Source of the DNA: Coleofasciculus sp. B1-GNL1-01
Lineage (GTDB): Bacteria > Cyanobacteriota > Cyanobacteriia > Cyanobacteriales > Coleofasciculaceae
Assembly (NCBI GenBank): GCA_040220235.1
Contig: JAVJTO010000109.1
Direction: 5' to 3' (one strand)
DNA: 64,000 nt
Shown here: one piece after another, positions 29,431 to 39,123 of the stretch
Numbering within the stretch: the stretch's first letter is position 1
Layout of the letters: each line of letters starts with the position of its first letter
Made by a program: the position numbers and the translations under genes
Notes under the pieces: generated by a model
The model's database searches: none
What the model saw: only the letters and a program-made list of their open reading frames with translations
Told to the model about the DNA's origin: nothing

Positions 29431-30447
29431 ATGATTAGGCAAAACTTCAGTTCAAAAAAATCAAAACCGATATTTCGCTACCTATCTGTGGGAATCATTA
29501 GCAGCGTAATTCCCTTAAGTTGGACTTTACCTGCCAATGCCCAAAATCCTCTTCAAGATTATCGGCATCGATATGTGGCTAATTCGAGTCAAGACACAAC
29601 GAACAGCGTTGAGTTTAACTGTCAAAATATCTTAGCATCGGCTTCAAACTCCTCGACGGATGAATATGGACAAGCCGAACCTGAAGCGGCTTACTACCAG
29701 CTAGAACAGTATTCTCCTCAAGAACTGCCAACCCTGCGTCAAGGTAGTACAGGACAAAGAGTCAGACAAATGCAACTCTTTCTGGCAGATCAAGGCTACT
29801 ATGACACCACCAGAGAAGACCTTACAATTGATGGCATTTATGGCAAAGGAACCGCTAGTGCGATAGAACAGTTCCAACGCATTCATAATTTAAATGATGA
29901 CAGTATCGTGGGTTCCCAAACCTGGCAAGCTATCATCAATCGAATCGAGGAAATTTTATCAGTTCCACCGTCTCAACGGGGTACTCTGAGTAGCTATTTA
30001 CCAGAAGTTTGCCGACGGGTTCAATTTCTATCTGACATCTATAGTGATAATCGTAGCCAAGCTGAAGTCGAGGCAATTCGTCAATACCGCCAAAAGTGGC
30101 AGAGTCAGTATGATGAGCGAGCAAAATTTTTGGGTCATTGGTATGGACCCTTTGGTGTTGCCATTACTCTAATTCCGACTTCTAATCCTAATCGTGTCTG
30201 TGTGCAGTATCAAGACGAGTATGGTGCAGGGGTAGAATCAGCAGAATTTAGAAACAATAAACTACTCTGGAAGGATCACATTATGCTACTCATGCAGGAC
30301 AGATTAGTATTAGTTTGGTACGGACAAGGTGAAATTGATGCGAAAGTGGATGTTCAAGACTTTCCTTCGGCTAAGATTCCGGCGACAGTCCGCGATGACT
30401 CATTCCAAGAGCAATACGAACAGTTAGGATGTCAAGGATGGAATTAG
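29431..30447 (+). CDS. Exported peptidoglycan-binding domain protein
   Basis: Signal peptide (ANA/Q); LRQGSTG...DGIYG..T..AI..FQ...L..D.IVG.QTW. Confidence 0.85.
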   Translation: MIRQNFSSKKSKPIFRYLSVGIISSVIPLSWTLPANAQNPLQDYRHRYVANSSQDTTNSVEFNCQNILASASNSSTDEYGQAEPEAAYYQLEQYSPQELPTLRQGSTGQRVRQMQLFLADQGYYDTTREDLTIDGIYGKGTASAIEQFQRIHNLNDDSIVGSQTWQAIINRIEEILSVPPSQRGTLSSYLPEVCRRVQFLSDIYSDNRSQAEVEAIRQYRQKWQSQYDERAKFLGHWYGPFGVAITLIPTSNPNRVCVQYQDEYGAGVESAEFRNNKLLWKDHIMLLMQDRLVLVWYGQGEIDAKVDVQDFPSAKIPATVRDDSFQEQYEQLGCQGWN

Positions 30448-30558
30448 TGAGTTATATCATGTTCTGAGGATTGCCCATAATTGCAATAGGGAACAGTAAA
30501 GAATGTCCTAACCTTTCTTAGTACTGCCATACTCTAATTTGCAATCTGTTATAAAAAA

Positions 30559-30586
30559 TTGGTCTTGTGTCAGAAAACAAGACCAA
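30559..30586. terminator. Hairpin between convergent genes
   Basis: TTGGTCTTGT-N8-ACAAGACCAA preceded by an A-tract (T-tract on the minus strand). Confidence 0.55.
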
Positions 30587-30647
30587 CTTAAGGCAGAAAA
30601 AATCCGTTTAAAATTAACGGAATACTTATTGATTAATTTCTGATTGA

Positions 30648-31136
30648 TTAAGAGGGGATATCTTCCAGAGCTAAATCAAAGGTAATCTCATGAACACCAG
30701 GAATATCTTTAATTTGCTCAATGTATTTACGCGCCGTTGCTTGGTCTTTAACTGTTCCGGTGAGTCGAACCGCACCACTCGCAACGCCAGCAACTAGGTT
30801 CTCAGAAACATCGGACTCAATCTTATCCTGAATCTGAGAATCACTCAGTTCCTTTCCACCTCGGCTTGATTCAACATATTCAATTCCTTGGTACTGACTC
30901 CCCACTGCAGAGGTGGTCACTTTTTCATTGTTGGGTTGTTGACTGCCTTGAGAGGAATCTACAGCAGCTTGAGGGGGAGCAGCAAAGGCAGGAAAAGCAC
31001 TATTAAATGTAAAGATGGCAATACCCAGCAGCATCATAGCTGAGCGAAACAGGCGATTCGGCTTCACGAGAACAAGACTCGCGATCGCCAAAGTAGCGAT
31101 GATCATTAATACGTTGATCATATCCATAACTATCAT
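30648..31136 (-). CDS. BON-domain membrane/exported protein
   Basis: LSDSQI...GAVRLTGTV...IKDIPGV. Confidence 0.75.
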   Translation of the reverse strand: MIVMDMINVLMIIATLAIASLVLVKPNRLFRSAMMLLGIAIFTFNSAFPAFAAPPQAAVDSSQGSQQPNNEKVTTSAVGSQYQGIEYVESSRGGKELSDSQIQDKIESDVSENLVAGVASGAVRLTGTVKDQATARKYIEQIKDIPGVHEITFDLALEDIPS

Positions 31137-31278
31137 TTTCTCCGTACACTACAGCTAACATTACCGACTGCTGCGAAAATAGGCGTCATTCTACAGTCAT
31201 AAATTGCTTTTCTATCCAAAGATAGATACGAAATTAAGGAAACCGGGATATGGAAAACCCTTAGAGACGCGCCCTGAG

Positions 31279-31306
31279 GTAGAGACGTTGCATGCAACGT
31301 CTCTAT
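31279..31306. repeat. GTAG-type REP palindrome
   Basis: GTAGAGACGTTGCATGCAACGTCTCTA, preceded by a partial copy at 31262. Confidence 0.88.
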
Positions 31307-31310
31307 ATCT

Positions 31311-34300
31311 TCAAGCAACGCCTAAAGCGCCTGCACCTGCGGAAGCTAGCGCCGAAACCAGCGCCGTACCAAACAGCCACCAAGCAGCAGCCGCCGCCGC
31401 TTTGCGAGTTTCTTCGGCTTGACGTTGTGTTTGATGCTTGACCTGTTCTAAACGCAGTTGGGCTTGTTGTTGAATCCGTTCTGCCCGTTGTAGCACACGA
31501 GTGCGAACCTGCTCAATCTGAGCAATCATCTGATTAGCATCGGCTTCGGAGATATCGTCACGGGAACTGAGAATAGCGACGAGGGTATCCCGATCAAACT
31601 GAGACAAGCGATCGCGCAGTGCATCAAACCCAGCTTCTGGGTCATCAAACAATGTCCGCACATCTTGCTTGATGCCATCATAATTCAGTTCCGGACGCTC
31701 TAAGCTATTCAGGTAGTCGCGAATGCGCTCAAAAATACCGTCAATAATCGACTGAATCCGATATTGTACCGTCCGGATTTGGGCGATCGCTTGATCGCGC
31801 ACCTGGAGGATTTGATCGACAATCTGATTAACATCCTCTTCTGAGATATCCTCCCGTTGGGATAACAGCGCCACCAGCGTCGAACGATCAAAGTGGGATA
31901 GGCGTTCTTGCAAACTCGACATCCCAGCACCGGGTTCATTCAGCAACATTTGCACATCCCGCTTAATTCCTGCGGGATTCAGTTCCTCTTTACCCGTCGA
32001 ACGCAGGTAATCCTCAAAGGCGGCTTGGAAATCTTGGGCGGTTTCCTGAGTGCGTAGCGCCCATCGTCGGGGGGCTTTGACTACACGGCGCAGGGTGGAA
32101 AGCACTTGATCAATGATCTGATTAACCTCTTGTTCACTCAGATCATCCCGTTGGGCGAGTAACTGTACCAGAGTATCACGATCCATTGCTGCTAATCGAC
32201 GTCTGATTAAGCGGCTTCCAAGCTGTGGATCATCCAGAAGTTTGGTCAAATCCCGCTGAATCCCGTCTGGATTGAGTTCTGGCTTCCCGGTGTTCCGCAG
32301 ATATTGAGCGATCGCGGACATGGTTTTATCGTATTGCTCTTTTGTTGTATCCGCCATTTTTTGGGGAATACTGCGAACACGAGTCCAAGTCCGTTCAACC
32401 TGATCGATAATTTGGTTAATTTGGCTTCCACTCAGGTCTTGACGCTGATTTAACAGTTGTACCAACGTATCCCGGTCAAAGCGTTCAGCGCGTTTACGCA
32501 GCAGCAGCCATCCCGCTTGCGGTTCATCTAAGAGTAATTTGAGTTCCTGTTCAATGGCTTGAGGATTCAGTTGAGATTTACCCGTGTTACTCAAAACAGA
32601 CTGAACCTTCATCCACTGGGCTTCAACTTTTGCCTTCAGCGCCTCTTGGGTTTCTCTGGCTGTATCCAAAACGCGATCGCGGGCTTTCTCCAGTTCCACG
32701 ATGACGGCTTCCCCTTCCACAGGGGTTAAGTCTTGACGTTGTTCGACTAACCGTTCAAATAGAGGACGATCAAACTGAGCCAGACGATTGCTCAGGTGTT
32801 CATAATCTGCATCAGGATCTTGTAGAATCTCCCTAATATTCAGTTGAATCTTCTCAGGCGTGAGTGCTTCCTTGGGCGTGGATAGGAAATATTGCTCCAT
32901 CGCGGCTAATAGTGCGATCGCCTCGGCGCGTTCTCTAGCCGCAATTGCTACCGCTAAGGCTTCTAAGCGAATGATATCCAGCCAAGTCGAAATTTCTCTG
33001 ATCCGTTCTTCAGTAAAAACACCCCGTTGGGCTAACAAATCAGCAAAATCTGACCGATTGAGCTGCTCTAATTCCTGCACCACGGTGGCGGGGTCAGCTT
33101 CTGGATCATAGAGTACATCTCGGAATTCCCGCTCCAGCGTTGGTCGATGCATCTGCCAAGAATATTTATTGAGCAGGTAATTTTCCACATCAGCCCGCAC
33201 CGTACTGTAGGTTTTATCCTGAGTACCACCACGGATCTGAGCAGAAACTTGACCAACCTGTTCAGTGACTTGGCTTCTGGCGCTTTTAAGCTGACCGACA
33301 ATTTTCTCCATATCTAAGTCTGATATATCCACACGTCCCATCACCATGCCCATCAGACTATGCATACCTGTGGATGCAGCTTGAGCCAGAGGTCCTGGAT
33401 GTTGGGCTTTGCGGCGCTTGCGGAGTTCTGCCACTAAATCATCGAGCTTCTGGGTAAACTCATCACTAACGAGCTGATCCGGCGTAGCTGACTGAAGGTA
33501 CTCCCTAAATTCTGCGATCGCATCTCTAGAAGAAGGCAGCCGATTCACCGTTTTCTTCCAGACGGCTTCAAGTTGGTCAACAATTCGATTCACATCCCGT
33601 GGCGGTAAATCGCTGCGGCTACTTACTAAATCAATAAATGTCTGCCGATTAATATCACGCAGGCTGTCACTACCAGCAATTTCTTGTAAATTTGGGTCAT
33701 TGATTAAGTCTTCTAATTCCGCCCGAATCTTTTGCAGATTCAGTTCTGGAGGTCGTATCGCCTGAATATAATCTTCTAAGTTCTCGCGAATCGTCTCCGG
33801 GTCAATTGCAGAACCCAGTTCTCGACGTACCGCCGCCGCTGTTGCTTCTGCGGTTTGCACCACCTCTTTTTGGACGGCGCTACCCCCAATTGCGGCTGTG
33901 GCGGTGCCTAAAATAGCTTGAAAACCAGAGGTAGCGGTACTCATTACTGATCCGATCAACGAACCAACAGTTGTCGAACTGACCCAAACCAGTAACGAAA
34001 AGTACGTTGCCCAAATCACCAACCCGACGATCGCACCCAAGCCGGGATTTTCCAGCAAGCTTAATTCTACGGCAAATAGACAAGCAAAAAATAGCGCCAA
34101 GGTAACGCTAATTAACGTGGCTAATCCTAATGCTGTACCAACCTTGCGAATTGTACCCTGCACACCGTCTGATGACTTCTTGTCAGACGATGATGAGTCT
34201 CCGCCTCCAGCAAAGGAAATTCCCAATGCCACACCCAGATTCGTTAAGAGCATCTGGAACGCAAACGCTAAAACCACACCAGCGACTAATGTGGTAAAAA

Positions 34301-34424
34301 ATTGAGGTCCGTCAAAGATCAGCGCGGCATCTTCAACGGTATCGAGTTCTGGCTCTATCGGTATCTGTGCTATCCAATCTGCCCAACCCATGAGTCCTAG
34401 TGCTAGTCCCACACTCTCAACCAT
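31311..34424 (-). CDS. Large membrane-anchored protein with internal ~100-aa helical repeats
   Basis: Three N-terminal TMs, repeated ELNPxGI..D...LLDDP...DRDTLV.LL.QR.D units, C-terminal TM. Confidence 0.85.
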   Translation of the reverse strand: MVESVGLALGLMGWADWIAQIPIEPELDTVEDAALIFDGPQFFTTLVAGVVLAFAFQMLLTNLGVALGISFAGGGDSSSSDKKSSDGVQGTIRKVGTALGLATLISVTLALFFACLFAVELSLLENPGLGAIVGLVIWATYFSLLVWVSSTTVGSLIGSVMSTATSGFQAILGTATAAIGGSAVQKEVVQTAEATAAAVRRELGSAIDPETIRENLEDYIQAIRPPELNLQKIRAELEDLINDPNLQEIAGSDSLRDINRQTFIDLVSSRSDLPPRDVNRIVDQLEAVWKKTVNRLPSSRDAIAEFREYLQSATPDQLVSDEFTQKLDDLVAELRKRRKAQHPGPLAQAASTGMHSLMGMVMGRVDISDLDMEKIVGQLKSARSQVTEQVGQVSAQIRGGTQDKTYSTVRADVENYLLNKYSWQMHRPTLEREFRDVLYDPEADPATVVQELEQLNRSDFADLLAQRGVFTEERIREISTWLDIIRLEALAVAIAARERAEAIALLAAMEQYFLSTPKEALTPEKIQLNIREILQDPDADYEHLSNRLAQFDRPLFERLVEQRQDLTPVEGEAVIVELEKARDRVLDTARETQEALKAKVEAQWMKVQSVLSNTGKSQLNPQAIEQELKLLLDEPQAGWLLLRKRAERFDRDTLVQLLNQRQDLSGSQINQIIDQVERTWTRVRSIPQKMADTTKEQYDKTMSAIAQYLRNTGKPELNPDGIQRDLTKLLDDPQLGSRLIRRRLAAMDRDTLVQLLAQRDDLSEQEVNQIIDQVLSTLRRVVKAPRRWALRTQETAQDFQAAFEDYLRSTGKEELNPAGIKRDVQMLLNEPGAGMSSLQERLSHFDRSTLVALLSQREDISEEDVNQIVDQILQVRDQAIAQIRTVQYRIQSIIDGIFERIRDYLNSLERPELNYDGIKQDVRTLFDDPEAGFDALRDRLSQFDRDTLVAILSSRDDISEADANQMIAQIEQVRTRVLQRAERIQQQAQLRLEQVKHQTQRQAEETRKAAAAAAWWLFGTALVSALASAGAGALGVA

Positions 34425-34685
34425 AATGTTCTTCCTCTACATAAACGATGATCAGAATAGGATTCCCTCTTCCAGGACAAATCCTCCTGTCTTTCTGCCA
34501 GAATCGTTGTCTCAAGGCAGAAAATCATCTCCCCAAGGGGTGAAACTCTTGGGCAAATTGCCAATTTATGCCCATTGATAGAGTTCAGTGGGGGATGGCT
34601 GAATACTCCCATCAAGATTCCTGATCTTGGTGTTGCCGCTATTGACAAATTCAATCTATTATGCATAATGAGCGGTGCGGTGTAG

Positions 34686-36365
34686 GTGGGAAGATATAAC
34701 AGAATGACTAACGGAGTTAAAAAAGTATCAAGTAATACAAAAAATGGACTAACTCATGCCGACTTACTCAACATCATTGCTAAAGCTGCCGAGGAGGGAA
34801 CAAACAGGCTCTCTTTGTCAAAGGAAGGTATTACAGAAATTCCCAATGAAATTGCCCAACTAACTACGCTGGAAGAACTGAGTTTATCGGAAAATAAGAT
34901 AACAGAAATACCTGACTGTATCGCCCAACTGACTAGACTGGAAACTCTAAATTTATCGAATAATCAGATAAGAGAGATACCCGACTGTATTAGAAAGCTC
35001 AAAAAGCTGCGCTGGCTGAATTTAGCAAACAATCAGATAACTGATATATCAGCATGTATTGACATACTTATTAGGATTAGGTGGCTAAACAGTCTTAATT
35101 TGGCGAATAATCAGATAATGAAAATACCGAAAAATATCGTAAATTTTGCACATTTAAAATGGCTTGATTTATCAGCTAATAATATAAAAACTATACCAAG
35201 CTGTATTACCAATATCCATAAACTAGAAAAGCTTGATTTATCGAAAAATGCTATAAAAAGGATACCGAACTCTATTATTCATCTGACTAAGCTGGAAGAT
35301 CTGAATTTAGCGAATAATCAAACAACAGAAATACCGGAATATCTTGCCCGACTCTATGAACTGACAAATCTGAACTTAGCGAATAATCAGATCAGGGAAA
35401 TACCTAGATGTATCGGCAAACTGACTAAGCTGTGGCAATTAAATTTATCAAACAATCAAATAACCGAAATACCTGAAGATTTTGACAAACTGACTAAGCT
35501 ATGGCAATTAAATTTATCAAACAATCAGATAACCGAGATACCTGAATGTATTGCCAAACTTACTAACTTACAATGGATTTATTTATCGCACAATCAGATA
35601 ACCGAGATACCCGAATGTATTGCCCAGCTCACTCAGCTACGGTGGCATAGAGAAATCCATTATTATGGAAGCTATGTATTGAATCAGCTAGATTTATCGA
35701 ATAATCAGATAATAAAAATACCAGAATATATGGGCAAACTCAATTGCCTGAAAAAACTCAATTTAGCAAATAACCAGATTAGGCATATACCCGAATGTAT
35801 CGCCCAACTCCATGAACTAACAGAACTGAACTTGGCGAATAATCAGATTAGGGAAATACCGGAGTGTATAACCGAACTGATTTACCTAAACTGGTTGGAT
35901 TTATCGAATAATTATATCAGGGAAATACCAGAAGGAATCACCAAGTTTATTGGGGAAAAACGGGGGTTAAATTTCTCGAACAATCAAATCCAAGAGATAC
36001 CAACATTTATCGCCAAATTCACTCAACTGAACGAGCTGAATTTCTCTAGTAATCAAATCAAAGAAATACCGGAATCTATTTCCCAACTTATTTATCTGAG
36101 AAAGCTTAATTTAGCGAATAATCATGTAATAAATATACCCAAATTCATTAGCAAACTCACTTACTTGGAATCGCTTAATTTAGCCAACAATCAGATCAAG
36201 GAAATACCCGAATGTATTATACAACTCACTGAGTTAAAAGAGTTAAATTTATCGGGGAATCCGATAGGAGATGTAGTCTTAGGACTACCCCACCGTAACT
36301 CTAAATCCCCTCGTCCCGGAGACATGGTGCTGGGTTCTCAATCTTCTCCCCAGGGGATTGAGTAA
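34686..36365 (+). CDS. Leucine-rich repeat protein
   Basis: About 20 LxxLNLxNNQIxEIPxxI 23-aa repeats; likely start ATG 34704. Confidence 0.92.
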   Translation: MGRYNRMTNGVKKVSSNTKNGLTHADLLNIIAKAAEEGTNRLSLSKEGITEIPNEIAQLTTLEELSLSENKITEIPDCIAQLTRLETLNLSNNQIREIPDCIRKLKKLRWLNLANNQITDISACIDILIRIRWLNSLNLANNQIMKIPKNIVNFAHLKWLDLSANNIKTIPSCITNIHKLEKLDLSKNAIKRIPNSIIHLTKLEDLNLANNQTTEIPEYLARLYELTNLNLANNQIREIPRCIGKLTKLWQLNLSNNQITEIPEDFDKLTKLWQLNLSNNQITEIPECIAKLTNLQWIYLSHNQITEIPECIAQLTQLRWHREIHYYGSYVLNQLDLSNNQIIKIPEYMGKLNCLKKLNLANNQIRHIPECIAQLHELTELNLANNQIREIPECITELIYLNWLDLSNNYIREIPEGITKFIGEKRGLNFSNNQIQEIPTFIAKFTQLNELNFSSNQIKEIPESISQLIYLRKLNLANNHVINIPKFISKLTYLESLNLANNQIKEIPECIIQLTELKELNLSGNPIGDVVLGLPHRNSKSPRPGDMVLGSQSSPQGIE

Positions 36366-36486
36366 ACAGGTAGTGATACCCCCTATTCGTTAGCGGTATC
36401 CTAGAAGGACAAAGCTTGCGACCCATTAGTTTTGGTAAAGGATGAGGTAGCATATTAGCGAAAGGCACGGGTATTAGGAGTTTGAC

Positions 36487-37065
36487 GTGGGTTTATTTGA
36501 GGATCTCAATCGCTTTCTGGAAAATCGGCTGGATGAATTTCTTCGCAACAATCCCCATCTAGAGTTACAGGCACTCGAAGAACAGTTACGGGAGCAAGAA
36601 GAAGACACATTGAAGCTGATTGCTGACTTGCAACTTCAGCAAAAGCGCCTACAGGACGAAATATTAGCAGTTGCCCAAGATATTCAGCGTTGGCACGAAC
36701 GGATGAACAAGGCTCAATCGAAAGGCAGACCTGATTTAGCCCAAGCCGCTCAACAACGAGAAGCTACGCTTTTGCATCAAGGGAATCAACTTTGGGGCAA
36801 GATGGAAGGGGTTAAACAGCGAATTGCTCAGACGAAAGAACTCCAGCATCAGATTCAAACCCGTCGTAATGAAGTTCATGTCAAAGCCAGAGAAGTCGAA
36901 GCCGCCCGCGCTCAAGCCCAAGCTCAATCTCAGTGGCAGACATCGGCTTGGAACCAGAGTTCAAACTACAACATTGGAGCAGGTGCAGACCCCTTAGAGG
37001 CTCAGTTTCAGCGCTGGGAAACTGATGAGGAGTTAGACCAAATGAAACGGAATATGGGACGCTGA
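36487..37065 (+). CDS. TIGR04376 family PspA/IM30-like coiled-coil protein
   Basis: MGLFED..RFLE.RLDEFLRNNPHLEL; DPLE.QF.RWE. Confidence 0.85.
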   Translation: MGLFEDLNRFLENRLDEFLRNNPHLELQALEEQLREQEEDTLKLIADLQLQQKRLQDEILAVAQDIQRWHERMNKAQSKGRPDLAQAAQQREATLLHQGNQLWGKMEGVKQRIAQTKELQHQIQTRRNEVHVKAREVEAARAQAQAQSQWQTSAWNQSSNYNIGAGADPLEAQFQRWETDEELDQMKRNMGR

Positions 37066-37100
37066 GGGGTGTCCCTCCCATTAGGTATCGATAAACATTG

Positions 37101-37235
37101 TAGTGGCGTGGCACACCTTATTTGATGAATTAGAATTGGTTCGTAGTGAGGGCTTCAGCCCTCTCCAGCTAAGTGTTATAGCACTCTTCGTGCTTACTAC
37201 AAACAAAACCCTATTTTAGCTGTGTCACGCCAGTA
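37101..37235. mobile_element. TA-flanked MITE-like element with 20-nt imperfect TIRs and internal GTTCGTAG REP
   Basis: TAGTGGCGTGGCACACCTTA ... TTAGCTGTGTCACGCCAGTA (16/20). Confidence 0.6.
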
Positions 37236-37294
37236 GGGGCGACCCGCCGCATTTAATTGACACCACCCAACCTTTAATTTAATCGGGTCGCCCC
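37233..37294 (+). repeat. GTAG-type REP hairpin
   Basis: GTAGGGGCGACCCG ... CGGGTCGCCCC. Confidence 0.7.
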
Positions 37295-37486
37295 CAGCCC
37301 GGTATCGGTAATTATCTAACACCACGTACATTGGCAATTGGGCGAGTCGATATAGGTTAATTCTTACACTGCCTACTATGTGCAGCGACCATCCGTGTCA
37401 ACTTAAGGTGAAAACCAATACTGGCAAGGGTTTAAGCTGTCTCAAAAGGGGGTAACAAAGGCAAATTTGGTATTACCCCTCCCCAT

Positions 37487-37813
37487 TTACCCATTCCCGG
37501 ATGAACGACGAGGAATCGTAAAGGAAATGGAACGAGGCGGCTTAGGTAGTGATGTGGATGACGATGGATTAAGCACCGTCGAGTTAGATGCTGGATTAGC
37601 ACTCTCCACAGAGGGAGACTGAGTTTGATTGCTTGAGAATTGTCTGGGTTGTAGAGAGATAGACCAACCTGGAGATTTACCGTAGTTAGACGCGATCGCG
37701 AGTAACGCTCCTGCCAAAATGAATACTGGCATGGGTAGGATAAAATCGCTCATCCACTGGGACAATTCTATTAGGCTAAATACTACCACAAAGGTGGTAA
37801 TTACAACTCTCAT
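37487..37813 (-). CDS. Conserved small membrane protein
   Basis: Two N-terminal TMs ending LAIASN; C-terminal SISFTI. Confidence 0.7.
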   Translation of the reverse strand: MRVVITTFVVVFSLIELSQWMSDFILPMPVFILAGALLAIASNYGKSPGWSISLQPRQFSSNQTQSPSVESANPASNSTVLNPSSSTSLPKPPRSISFTIPRRSSGNG

Positions 37814-37855
37814 CGCTCTGACTTAAAACTAGCGCTGCCGCCATCATCATACACC

Positions 37856-38251
37856 ATGCAAATTTTTGCGATTCGCTTAAAACCCAATGACGACTTAAAG
37901 GCAAACTTAGGGCATTTCGTCAAACAGCACCAGATTGAAGCTGGATTTATGGTAACGGCTGTGGGTAGCCTTAAACAAGCCACCCTGCGCTTTGCAGGTC
38001 AAAACTATGCTCAAGCCTTCAAACGGCGCTTTGAGATTGTTTCCCTGGTTGGCACCCTCTCTATTCATGGTATCCATCTACACATTGCCCTGTCAGATAA
38101 AAAAGGCAGAACAATCGGAGGTCATCTTCTAGAGGGATGTATTATCTATACAACGGCTGAAATTATTATGGGTGTCAGCGACAATTTAATTTTTTTGAGA
38201 ACGATGGATGAAACGACGGGATATCAAGAGTTAGAAATCCAACCTAAATAA
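37856..38251 (+). CDS. PPC/DUF296 domain protein
   Basis: FEIVSLVGTL, HLHIALSD and GGHL. Confidence 0.92.
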   Translation: MQIFAIRLKPNDDLKANLGHFVKQHQIEAGFMVTAVGSLKQATLRFAGQNYAQAFKRRFEIVSLVGTLSIHGIHLHIALSDKKGRTIGGHLLEGCIIYTTAEIIMGVSDNLIFLRTMDETTGYQELEIQPK

Positions 38252-38396
38252 ACCTTACTGTACAACAGGCTGACATCTGTCTTCCTCAAACCCAGCCAAA
38301 TCAGTTTATCACAGTCGTTTAAGCGTCATAAAATCAAAACAGATGAGCTTAACGCTCACTCAGATAGTCGCTGAAAGCAGATTGAAAAATAAAAAA

Positions 38397-38606
38397 CTAT
38401 CCTTCACCCAGAATTAGCTGAAGCGTTCGATGCGCTTCTTGTAGGGTTTGGAGTTCGGAATTAAACTTCCAGAGATAAGGCTTAACTCTATTGCCTCCCA
38501 CAATAGCAGGTTCCCAAGCCGTCAATTGCCATCCTTGCTCAGTTGCGGTAAGGCAATAATCAATTCGGGGAGGAATAATCGAGGGGTTGGCGTTAGTAAT
38601 CATCAT
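38397..38606 (-). CDS. Small hypothetical protein
   Basis: 69-aa ORF, no recognised motif. Confidence 0.45.
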   Translation of the reverse strand: MMITNANPSIIPPRIDYCLTATEQGWQLTAWEPAIVGGNRVKPYLWKFNSELQTLQEAHRTLQLILGEG

Positions 38607-38973
38607 TGCTTGCTCGTAATACCCTGTAGGTGGTCAAAAAATTTGTGATTGAGGGTAAGGAAGCGATCGCCTATAGCTTACTGGTGATGCCCTGAGTCCT
38701 ATCAATCATCTTGCCACTCCTTTCTCAAGATGGTAAGCCTTACCCGCAATCTTTATCGAAATATCATAATTAAGTTGGAACAAAACACGAGGTTATGGGG
38801 GGTTGCCGAAGTCTCTGTGAAATTGAGCTTCATACAACCTTCACATAACTCGGTCGAGTAAATATACTTATTCTACGGATTGTTACAAAATAGACAAGAG
38901 GGGAGCTGGGGGAGTTATCAGTTATCAGTGAGCAGTTATCAGTGAGCAGTTATCAGTTATCAGGAGATGGGGG

Positions 38974-39020
38974 ACACCTCGACTTACCTCGGCTTCGCTC
39001 GGTAACACGCTCGGTGTGTC
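38974..39020 (+). mobile_element. Double-nested small dispersed repeat (25+22 nt)
   Basis: ACACCTCGACT[TACCTCGGCTTCGCTCGGTAAC]ACGCTCGGTGTGTC interrupting a GGAGATGGG repeat. Confidence 0.8.
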
Positions 39021-39031
39021 AGATGGGGAAA

Positions 39032-39109
39032 AGTGTAATCAGTGTCAATAAGCTCTCGCCTCCCTACCCCTATCTCTCCAATAAATCCGTGCAATCAGTG
39101 TTTTGACAA
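39032..39109 (-). repeat. 78-bp dispersed repeat, copy A
   Basis: Reverse complement is 68/78 identical to 41379-41456. Confidence 0.85.
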
Positions 39110-39123
39110 ATGACAAATGACAA

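Noticed and set aside
31311..34424. MFS transporter call
   Set aside because: Only about four TM segments; no 12-TM MFS architecture
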